64,000 nucleotides of DNA from Clostridium sp. CAG:343 (GTDB lineage: Bacteria; Bacillota; Clostridia; Lachnospirales; Lachnospiraceae). Shown here in pieces: positions 29,396-37,234 of the stretch. Position 1 is the first letter of the stretch, and each line of letters begins with the position of its first letter. A program made the position numbers and the translations under genes. The stretch is taken from the NCBI GenBank assembly GCA_963634745.1, contig CAVHCX010000003.1, forward strand, positions 66,435 to 130,434. Direction: 5' to 3'. The notes under the pieces were generated by a model. It made no database searches, was not told where the DNA came from, and saw only the letters and a program-made list of their open reading frames with translations.

Positions 29396-31360
29396 CTATA
29401 AGGTCGCCTCCACCACCAGCACATCCTTGCCTTCGAATGCAAAGCCCATCTTATAAATCCTTTCCTTTGGGATTCCTGCCGCCAAAAGGTCTGTCTCATA
29501 GCCTTTGTCTTCAATCTGCTTCAAGGCATTGGCTGCTGTTTCCTCCAGCTTCTTCTCCCGCTTCTCGTCCAAGACCTTAAATTCCATCAAAAAGGCGTCT
29601 TCATCTTCTTTTTTCGGATACATGGCAATATCATAGCGGCCACGGCCACTTTCCCGATTAGAAATAATCCGATAGCGATCCTTTAAGGATATAATAAGCC
29701 CAAGCACCAGTCCGTGATAGAAATTTTCCGGTGCGCGCTCCGACGGGCGCTTCCCTACATCAAAATAACTCATAGAAGTATAGGAAATATCCAAAAGGAT
29801 CTCATTTAGGTCCTCGATTTTATGCTCCAGGAGGGCCTTAGCAAATCTTGGATAGACGGAAAATCCATTCTCAAACATAGACAAAATCTCATATGCAAAC
29901 ATTCCCATAACCTCCTCATTGGTGACAGAGACATCACACTCTATCAGCCCTCCCCTTCTCACCACATTCTCCGCCTTAATATATCCCACCGCCAAAAGCA
30001 AGGACCAGAGGCTATTCTCATCCCCATCCAGATATTGGAAGGTAAGGTCTTCGTTTATGATCTTGTGGACCGCTTTTCCGGTCATCAGCTGCTCGATCTC
30101 ATACTTACTGCTAACGGGATGTCTCCGAATAATCTCCCCAATGAGCTTGTTACTGCTGGTATTGGCCCAATAAGAAATCAACAAGCCCTGCCGCATATAA
30201 TTGGTAATCGACCATGGATTATAAATATCCTTTTGATTTCCAAATATAAAACCGTCATACATGGCCTTCACCTCAGCCAGTTTGTCAATATTCTGGCATT
30301 TCAAGGCATCCTTCACTTCCGCTTCCGTAAATCCGCAGCAATCGGTATAAAAATTGCTGGTCACAGAGGATATCTCAATATTATTGAGATCCGAGAACAA
30401 AGAATTTTTTGAAATCTTGGTTACTCCGGTAATAATCGCCCTGCTGTAATAGGCATTCTCTTTAAAACTATTGTGGAATAACTGCCTGCAGGTTTCTATC
30501 ATCTCATCCCAATATCCTAGGCTATAAGCCTCCAAAAGAGGGGTATCGTACTCATCCAGAAGAATGATTGGCTTTATATGGTGATGCTTATATAAAAGCT
30601 CACACAAGATCTGAATAGAGGACTCCATATCTTCTGTAGACCTCCTATTAAGAAGGTCCACTCTTCTCCTATATTCTTTCTTTTCATCCTCTGTCAGCCT
30701 ACTGCTTTCCTGCAGATACCCATGTTTCTTATACATATTGCATAAGTTTAAGAGCCCACCATTCATAGCCTGCTTATAATTACTTCCCTTGCAGCCTCCA
30801 AAGCTGGCAGAAATCACCGGCACGGTCCCGTAAACGGCTCTGCTTCTTTCATCCCGCCATACCGCTAATTTTTCAAAATATTCCGGGTGGTCTGAAAATC
30901 TCGGATCAAAGAAATTCTCTACCGTACTCAAAAGAGTCGTCTTTCCAAATCGCCTAGGTCTCGTAATTAATGTCACCTGGGCATCGTGTAACAGCCACTC
31001 TGTAATAAAATGGGTCTTATCTACATAAAACTGTTTTCCACAGGCAAAATCCTGAAAATCCTGGTAGCCCAGTCCCACATGGGCATCCAAATAGGGATTT
31101 CTCTTTAAAATATCTTTTAGCCCCTTCATATAGGAAATCAAATGCTTCTTCTCATCCTGCAGTTTCGCCCGCTCCTCAAAGTCAAGCCGGACCTGGTCCC
31201 GCTCCGCTAGTTTCACATAGCAGCTGACAGATTTCCCTTCCACTGTTTTTTGAATATAGGGTTGCTTCTTCCCATTAATCTTTTTATAGGTCAAGGATCC
31301 CTTAGGAAGTTCTGCCAGGCGATCATCAATTTCTTTTATTCTGGATTTTGGATCTTTCAT
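29396..31360 (-). CDS. AAA-ATPase_like (PF09820-type) + PD-(D/E)XK nuclease (PDDEXK_9-type) protein with N-terminal extension
   Basis: 654 aa. Shows GYQDFQDF...FYVDKTHFI, a P-loop-like RPRRFGKTT, the ILLDEYD Walker-B-like box, and a C-terminal ESGRGRYDIAMYP....FLMEFKV nuclease-fold signature. Confidence 0.7.
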   Translation of the reverse strand: MKDPKSRIKEIDDRLAELPKGSLTYKKINGKKQPYIQKTVEGKSVSCYVKLAERDQVRLDFEERAKLQDEKKHLISYMKGLKDILKRNPYLDAHVGLGYQDFQDFACGKQFYVDKTHFITEWLLHDAQVTLITRPRRFGKTTLLSTVENFFDPRFSDHPEYFEKLAVWRDERSRAVYGTVPVISASFGGCKGSNYKQAMNGGLLNLCNMYKKHGYLQESSRLTEDEKKEYRRRVDLLNRRSTEDMESSIQILCELLYKHHHIKPIILLDEYDTPLLEAYSLGYWDEMIETCRQLFHNSFKENAYYSRAIITGVTKISKNSLFSDLNNIEISSVTSNFYTDCCGFTEAEVKDALKCQNIDKLAEVKAMYDGFIFGNQKDIYNPWSITNYMRQGLLISYWANTSSNKLIGEIIRRHPVSSKYEIEQLMTGKAVHKIINEDLTFQYLDGDENSLWSLLLAVGYIKAENVVRRGGLIECDVSVTNEEVMGMFAYEILSMFENGFSVYPRFAKALLEHKIEDLNEILLDISYTSMSYFDVGKRPSERAPENFYHGLVLGLIISLKDRYRIISNRESGRGRYDIAMYPKKEDEDAFLMEFKVLDEKREKKLEETAANALKQIEDKGYETDLLAAGIPKERIYKMGFAFEGKDVLVVEATL

Positions 31361-31388
31361 ATGCTCCCTCCCTTTTGCGAAAGAAAAA

Positions 31389-31433
31389 ATGGTTATGTAT
31401 GGTTATTTTTATAATATAACCATACATAACCAT
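31389..31433. repeat. perfect 18-bp inverted repeat, 9-nt spacer
   Basis: ATGGTTATGTATGGTTAT-ttttataat-ATAACCATACATAACCAT. On the minus strand it is followed by TTTTTTCTTT (terminator-like). It also coincides with TTGACA (31439..31434), a 17-nt spacer and TATTAT (31416..31411). Confidence 0.9.
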
Positions 31434-31464
31434 TGTCAATTTTAAAATCACTCGAGTTTTACTG

Positions 31465-31777
31465 TTATCTGTTTTGCACCTTCTCGATATAAGCATAGAT
31501 CATATCTGCCGCATCTTCTAAGTCAATCTTACCGGCATTGATCATTAAGTCATAGTTTAAGGAATCTCCCCAGCTTCTTCCGGTATAGTAATTATAATAA
31601 CGCTGTCTGGCCTGGTCTTCCTGGTCCATTTCCTTTAAGGAAATTCCTTCATAGGCAATTTTACTTCTGGCCTGGCGGAAGGCATCGTCTGCGTAGATAA
31701 AAATGTGATAGCAATTTTCCACATCCGAAAGCGCTTCCGTACTGTCTGCTTATGGTAACAAGGGTATGGTCCTTCAT
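31465..31777 (-). pseudogene. cytidylate kinase-like family (Cytidylate_kin2-type) gene with internal deletion and frameshift
   Basis: ATG 31777 gives MKDHTLVTISRQYGS..., the family N-terminus, but that frame ends after 38 codons. A different frame (31465..31722, GTG start) encodes only the family C-terminus (HIFIYADDAFRQ...RYYNYYTGRSWGDSLNYDLMINAGKI). About 100 central residues are missing. Confidence 0.65.
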
Positions 31778-31778
31778 C

Positions 31779-33170
31779 TTACATCTCTCCTTTCGCTTCG
31801 CGCTCGATCAAATCCTTCATAATCTGCGGATATTGCTCATCCAAATGATAGAAAATTAATACTAAGAGAACGCCTCCGGCTACGATCAAAGGTCCTACCT
31901 TGTAAATGTTAATGATCATATGCAGGGCGCTGTCCGGCTGTGTTACGCTTCCGGAAGAGGTACTGATGTATCCTCCTAAAGACAAGAGGCCTGTCATCAC
32001 TGCAGATGCAATACCTGCACCGACCTTTGTTCCGATCGAACCTCCGGCAAAGATCAGACTTTCCTGGCGCACATGGGTCTTCCACTGTCCATATTCTACT
32101 ACGTCACCAATCATACCGAAGACAACTGCATTTAAAGGAGCAAGTCCGATGGCTCTTGCTACACAGCTCATAACCATCCAAGGAATGCTATATGGATTTA
32201 AGAAAAACAGAAGCTGTCCAACCAGGGCAACGATACTTCCTGCCAGGGCAATATTTCTCTTTCCAAACTTCTTGATAAGCGGTACGCAAAGGAAAATAAA
32301 TAATACAAGAAGCAAAATTTCTGTCAGATACAGGGCACTGTAAAGCCAGGTATCGTTCTTAAAAATATACTTGCAATAGTAAGGAAGGATGGTTCCTGAT
32401 ACACTGAAGGATACGCTCTGGAACATCCAAAGGAACAAGACTGCCCAGAAATAACGATTGGTTACTAATAATTTTAAGCCCTTCTTAATCGGGGTTTTCT
32501 CTGCCTTTTCCTGGCCTGCGATCACAACGGTCTCTTTACAGTTAAAGAAGCAAAGCAAAAGTAAAATCAAGGCGATAATGGCCCATACAGACATGGTTTT
32601 TACCCATGCAGCCTGATCATTTCCAAATATTTTAACTAAAGGTGTGGTACAGGTAACGGCAATGATCTTTCCAAGAGGAGATAAGCCCATTCGAACTACA
32701 CTTAGCATATCTCGCTCGGAAGAAATACGAGTCATCATTGCCGACAAGCTTCCGTAAGGAAGGTTGATTGCTGTATAACATACGGTGGTACAGAAGTTAT
32801 AGGTTACAAAAATATAAATGATCTGCACCATTCCCATGGTATGGGGGACTGTAAATAACAAAATTGCCGATAAGGCATAGGGAACACTCATCCACAAGAT
32901 CCAGGGTCTTGATTTTCCCCACTTAGATTCGGTTTTCTCAACAATAATTCCCATGATCATGTCTGAGAATCCATCAAAGAATCTGGAAATCAACATGATC
33001 AGACCAACACTGGCCGCTGCCACTCCTACATAATCGGTATAGAACAAGGTCAAAAGCGTTCCTACCATACCAAATACTACATTACATGCCACGTCTCCAC
33101 CGGCGTATGATAATCGAACCGGCCAGGATAGTTTCCCGTTTTCCATACTGTTTACCTTTTTTTCTTCCAC
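31779..33170 (-). CDS. MFS transporter, glycoside-pentoside-hexuronide (GPH/MelB-like) family
   Basis: 463 aa, 12 TM. The N-terminal pattern KLSYAGGDVACNVVFGMVGTLLTLFYTDYVGV...RFFDGFSDMIMGIIVEKT.SKWGKSRPW is diagnostic of GPH symporters. Confidence 0.85.
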   Translation of the reverse strand: MEEKKVNSMENGKLSWPVRLSYAGGDVACNVVFGMVGTLLTLFYTDYVGVAAASVGLIMLISRFFDGFSDMIMGIIVEKTESKWGKSRPWILWMSVPYALSAILLFTVPHTMGMVQIIYIFVTYNFCTTVCYTAINLPYGSLSAMMTRISSERDMLSVVRMGLSPLGKIIAVTCTTPLVKIFGNDQAAWVKTMSVWAIIALILLLLCFFNCKETVVIAGQEKAEKTPIKKGLKLLVTNRYFWAVLFLWMFQSVSFSVSGTILPYYCKYIFKNDTWLYSALYLTEILLLVLFIFLCVPLIKKFGKRNIALAGSIVALVGQLLFFLNPYSIPWMVMSCVARAIGLAPLNAVVFGMIGDVVEYGQWKTHVRQESLIFAGGSIGTKVGAGIASAVMTGLLSLGGYISTSSGSVTQPDSALHMIINIYKVGPLIVAGGVLLVLIFYHLDEQYPQIMKDLIEREAKGEM

Positions 33171-33210
33171 GTTTCATCTCTCCTTTTCAACTGCCTTCTC
33201 TCCCTATATG

Positions 33211-33249
33211 GGAAAAGATCTGTAAATTTATGCTTCACAGATCTTTTCC
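33211..33249. repeat. perfect 13-bp inverted repeat between iolG and the GPH transporter
   Basis: GGAAAAGATCTGT-aaatttatgcttc-ACAGATCTTTTCC. No clean U-tract follows on the coding (minus) strand. Confidence 0.85.
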
Positions 33250-33292
33250 ATTTATGCCTCTACTATATGAACTTCCATCCTATGAATGCTTT

Positions 33293-34306
33293 TTAAACTG
33301 TGATCTCAGAAATTTTAACCGGACGATGCTCCTCTAAGGATTTCTTAGCCGCAAGTCCCATAAGTACCGGCTGCAAGCCGTCCATAACACCCAGTGGTGT
33401 GTCTGTATCATTTTCAATGGCTTCAATAAAGCACTTAATCTCTTTTGCATAAGCTGCCATGTAGCGCTCTAAGAAAAAGTACAGAGGCTTCTCACCGGTT
33501 ACTCCCTCCGCGTTGCTGACAATCGCAGAAGATGTAGAATCATTAGATACTGCCACCATTCCCTTGGAACCGAATACCTCTGCTCTCTGGTCATATCCAT
33601 AGACAGCCTTTCTAGAGTTATCGATCACTGCAATGGCACCATTTTCCATCTTAAGAGTGATAACTGCTGTATCTACATCTCCGGCTTCTCCGATGGCCGG
33701 GTCTACCAAAACGGCTGCCTCTACATATACTTCTGTGGCATCGCAGCCTGCAAGGAAACGTACCATATCAAAATCATGGATGGTCATATCCAGGAAGATT
33801 CCTCCGGACACCTTTACATAGTCTGCGCACGGTGGCTCAGGATCTCTGGAAGTAATCTTAATGATATGAGGATCTCCAACCTTTCCGTCTACAACTGCCT
33901 GTCTAACAGCCTCAAAGTTGTGGTCAAATCTTCTGTTAAATCCAACCTGATATTTTACCTTGCTGTCCTTTAAGACCTCAATAACATCCTTAATCTTGTC
34001 AACATCATGATCAATCGGCTTCTCACAAAATACATGTTTTCCGGCCTTAATAGCCTCTACGGAAATTGGTGAGTGGGTGTCTGTGGAAGAGCAGATTAAG
34101 ACTGCATCGATCTCAGGATCTGCCAAGATTTCCTTATAATCCTTGGTAACTGCCTCTACGCCCATATCCTTGGCCCACTTTTCAGTCGTCTCATTCATAA
34201 ATGGGTCTGCCAAAAGTTTTACTTTTGCGTCTTTTACCTGGGTGCAAATACTCTCTACATGTACTTTTCCGATTCTTCCTGCTCCGATAATTCCTACGTT
34301 TACCAT
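33293..34306 (-). CDS. iolG: inositol 2-dehydrogenase (Gfo/Idh/MocA oxidoreductase)
   Basis: 337 aa. Rossmann GIIGAGRIGKVH, the EKP motif (HVFCEKPI) and GFNRRFD. Adjacent to iolE. Confidence 0.75.
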   Translation of the reverse strand: MVNVGIIGAGRIGKVHVESICTQVKDAKVKLLADPFMNETTEKWAKDMGVEAVTKDYKEILADPEIDAVLICSSTDTHSPISVEAIKAGKHVFCEKPIDHDVDKIKDVIEVLKDSKVKYQVGFNRRFDHNFEAVRQAVVDGKVGDPHIIKITSRDPEPPCADYVKVSGGIFLDMTIHDFDMVRFLAGCDATEVYVEAAVLVDPAIGEAGDVDTAVITLKMENGAIAVIDNSRKAVYGYDQRAEVFGSKGMVAVSNDSTSSAIVSNAEGVTGEKPLYFFLERYMAAYAKEIKCFIEAIENDTDTPLGVMDGLQPVLMGLAAKKSLEEHRPVKISEITV

Positions 34307-34373
34307 TGTTTTTTCTCCTTTTTATATTCTCGTTTTTCTTTACATCTTACATACGAAAGTGAATCTTCGTATC

Positions 34374-35273
34374 TTATAATCCTGTCTTTTCTGCAATAAA
34401 TTTTCTTGCCTTCAGTGCATACTCAAAAGGGTTTGCCTTGGCCGGATCCTGCTCTGCCTCTACAACCATGTATCCTTCATAGCCTGATTCTTCAAGGACT
34501 TTAAAAATGGGATCAAAGTCGATAGAGCCGTCTCCCGGTACCGTGAAAGTTCCCATACGAACCCCGTCTAAGAAGCTTAAGTCTTCCTTCTTTACTTTTT
34601 CTACAACATCTTTGCGAATATCTTTTAAATGCACATGCTTGATTCTGTCTGCATACTTTTTCACCATCTCCAGAGGATCTTCCCCACAGTAGGCGAAATG
34701 ACCGGTATCAAATAAGAGGCTTACATACTCAGGATCTGTATTTGCCATCATCCGCTCTACTTCATCTGCATTCTGTACCACAGTTCCCATGTGGTGATGG
34801 AAGGTAAGAGCAATTCCATACTCCTCTTTTGCGATCTTTCCAAGCTTGTTCATTCCTGAGCAGAAGGTATCCCACTCCTCATCATTCATTACATACTTGT
34901 GTCCGAAAATCGGAGTATCAAGCATTCCCTGAACGCTGTAGCTTTGCTCGGAAGCACCGATGATCTTCGCTCCCATCTCCTTTAGATAAGTAAGCTGGGC
35001 CCGGAATTCTTTTTCTACCTCCTCAAATGGCTTTGTGATAAGAAAGGCAGAAAACCACTGGTTGCAGATCTCTACCCCTCTAAGATCCAGGGCCTGCTTT
35101 AACTGGGCTGTATCCTTGGGATACTTATTTCCTACCTCTGATCCTGTAAATCCTGCCAGGGCCATCTCACTGACGCATTGCTCAAAAGTATTTTCACTTC
35201 CAAGGTCCGGCATGTCATCGTTGGTCCATGCGATTGGTGCGATTCCAAGTTTTACTTTTTCTTTGTTGAACAT
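34374..35273 (-). CDS. iolE: myo-inosose-2 dehydratase (xylose-isomerase-like TIM barrel)
   Basis: 299 aa. The N-terminus KLGIAPIAWTNDDMPDLG matches the IolE signature (B. subtilis IolE: WGIAPIGWRNDDIPSIG). Confidence 0.85.
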   Translation of the reverse strand: MFNKEKVKLGIAPIAWTNDDMPDLGSENTFEQCVSEMALAGFTGSEVGNKYPKDTAQLKQALDLRGVEICNQWFSAFLITKPFEEVEKEFRAQLTYLKEMGAKIIGASEQSYSVQGMLDTPIFGHKYVMNDEEWDTFCSGMNKLGKIAKEEYGIALTFHHHMGTVVQNADEVERMMANTDPEYVSLLFDTGHFAYCGEDPLEMVKKYADRIKHVHLKDIRKDVVEKVKKEDLSFLDGVRMGTFTVPGDGSIDFDPIFKVLEESGYEGYMVVEAEQDPAKANPFEYALKARKFIAEKTGL

Positions 35274-35602
35274 TGTTCTTTCTTCCTTCTTTCTGTCTTA
35301 TTTTTTATTTCGTTCTTTTCACGACTCGTGTTTCTTTGTGACTCTATAGTAACCCAAATCCGGGGCCTCATATATTGTAAGAATTTTAAAAACCAGGGCT
35401 GTATTTTTAGGTAGATTGTTATTGTTTCTCCTGTCTTTTTCTTGACATTTCGGGTCCTGTATTTTGTGTCTTTTTTTTGGGTTTTATTTTTAGATTGGCC
35501 CTGTGCATTTGTTTTTTCTTTCTTTTCACACACGAAAATTTGCATAAAAAAAGAAAGCAACTGCCTCCCTTTCCGGGAAAGCCTAGCTTTCTTTTTCTTC
35601 AT

Positions 35603-37234
35603 TTATTCAGTTACTTTTTTTCTGTAGTGGGCCGGGCTCATTCCTTCTGCTTTTTTGAATACTTTGGAAAAATAGTGATAGTCATTAAAGCCGGATTCTT
35701 CCGCCACCTGCCACATTTTCATATTTCTTTCCCCAAGGATTTTTTTTGCATGATCCAGGCGAAGTTTTAAGAGGTAGTTGGAAAATCCAATTCCCATCTC
35801 CTGGCTAAATAAGTAGCTTAGATAGGAGCTATTGACCCCGGCTGCCTCCGCTGCCTCCCCAAGGCCCATATCTTCTCTATAGTGGTCCTGTGCATATTCT
35901 GCTGCCATCTTAACCGGGGGACTGATATTCTCTGGAAGGTCCTGTCTTTCCCCGGAAAAAGCGGCCCCTGCCAAACGGTCTAGGGCTTCTTTTACCTCTT
36001 GGATCTCTGCAAAACGAAACTCTTCTCTTGCCCCTTCTATCTGCAGGCTGTGGACTAATTTTTTAAACCATTGCTCAATCAGTATGCTGTCGCAGTGGGA
36101 ATTTTTGAAAGCTTCTACTGTTTCTTCTGCCCCTAGCAGAAATTCCTTCTTTTCCCCTTTCTTTTGCAAGGCCTTGGCATCCTTTAAAAGGTCTTCTGCC
36201 TCCCTTGGAAGGTCTTTTCCCACCTGCTTATCTACCTCATAGTAGGCCATGCCATCCTTCTCATAAAAACTATACTTGATCATCATTCTGGCCTGCTGAT
36301 ATGCCTGGCGCAGGGCATCCATTCCGATGCAAATGTTGCTGACACCGATTTTATAATTCTCCTCTTCCTCCCTGCAAATCCGAAAGCAGGCCGAGGATGT
36401 ACAGGTAAGTTTCTGGTACATGACGCTGCTTTTGTGTTCCTCGGACAAGTCTAAAAAACAGCAATAGATTCCATTTCCCAAATAGACCAATTCTTCATGA
36501 CCTTTGGATGCGGTAAGCCTCTCCTGTAATTTGTCCTTCATGCGTTTATAAAATTCAAAGCTTTCCTGCTCTTTTTTTGCTTCCTCCAAGGGATCTAGGG
36601 TCGCTTCTTTCTCCTCTTTTTTTATAACGATGACTGCACTGTTTTTATATTTTCCGGAAATACCCGCACGGATCCTTTTTTCTTCCCGCTCTTCTCCCAG
36701 TAAGGTTCCTGCCAGAATCTGATTAAAGAAGAGGAACTTTTCATTCATGCTGTAGCCTTCCCCGGAAGTGTCTTTTGGAGCTTCTCTTGACTCTTCCTTG
36801 GGCTCCTCTTTGGACTCCCCTTTGGATTCTTCCTCTATAGGATCTTCTTCCTGCTTTTTATCCAAATGTCCACGGGCCGCTTCCAGCACCTGATAGAGGC
36901 TCTCTTCGTCCAGGCTATTTTTTAGCACATACTCGTCTGCCCCCTCTTTCATGGCTTTTTTCACATATTCAAATTCATCATGACAGCTTAGTACAATAAT
37001 ATAAATATCCGGATATTTTTTTCGAATTTCTGTGATTAGCTGAATACCATCCATCAATGGCATGGATAAGTCTGTCACCACCAAGTCTACCGGGTCTTTT
37101 TCTAAGGCCTCTAGGGCCTCCTCCCCGTCTCTTACATCAGCTGTAATTTCAAATCCGGCCCGCTCCCATGATGCCAACATTTTCAGATAACTTCTTACCA
37201 AAAAATCATCATCTGCTAATAATGCTTTTCTCAT
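35603..37234 (-). CDS. response regulator with AraC-type HTH output (YesN type)
   Basis: Receiver (DLVVTDLSMPLMDG), an acidic E/K-rich linker and a C-terminal AraC HTH (GVNSSYLSYLFSQEMGIGFSNYLLKLRLDHAKKIL...GFNDYHYFSKVFKKAEGMSPAHYR). 4-nt ATGA overlap with the kinase gene. Confidence 0.9.
   Translation of the reverse strand: MRKALLADDDFLVRSYLKMLASWERAGFEITADVRDGEEALEALEKDPVDLVVTDLSMPLMDGIQLITEIRKKYPDIYIIVLSCHDEFEYVKKAMKEGADEYVLKNSLDEESLYQVLEAARGHLDKKQEEDPIEEESKGESKEEPKEESREAPKDTSGEGYSMNEKFLFFNQILAGTLLGEEREEKRIRAGISGKYKNSAVIVIKKEEKEATLDPLEEAKKEQESFEFYKRMKDKLQERLTASKGHEELVYLGNGIYCCFLDLSEEHKSSVMYQKLTCTSSACFRICREEEENYKIGVSNICIGMDALRQAYQQARMMIKYSFYEKDGMAYYEVDKQVGKDLPREAEDLLKDAKALQKKGEKKEFLLGAEETVEAFKNSHCDSILIEQWFKKLVHSLQIEGAREEFRFAEIQEVKEALDRLAGAAFSGERQDLPENISPPVKMAAEYAQDHYREDMGLGEAAEAAGVNSSYLSYLFSQEMGIGFSNYLLKLRLDHAKKILGERNMKMWQVAEESGFNDYHYFSKVFKKAEGMSPAHYRKKVTE

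Noticed and set aside
29822-30412. 196-aa plus-strand ORF inside the AAA-ATPase/nuclease gene
   Set aside because: It is an antisense shadow ORF with no independent signals.
35252-35602. 116-aa Lys/Arg-rich ORF on the minus strand between the response regulator and iolE
   Set aside because: It is a low-complexity translation of a homopurine intergenic tract. It has no RBS and overlaps the iolE start, so it is most likely an artefact of strand composition.
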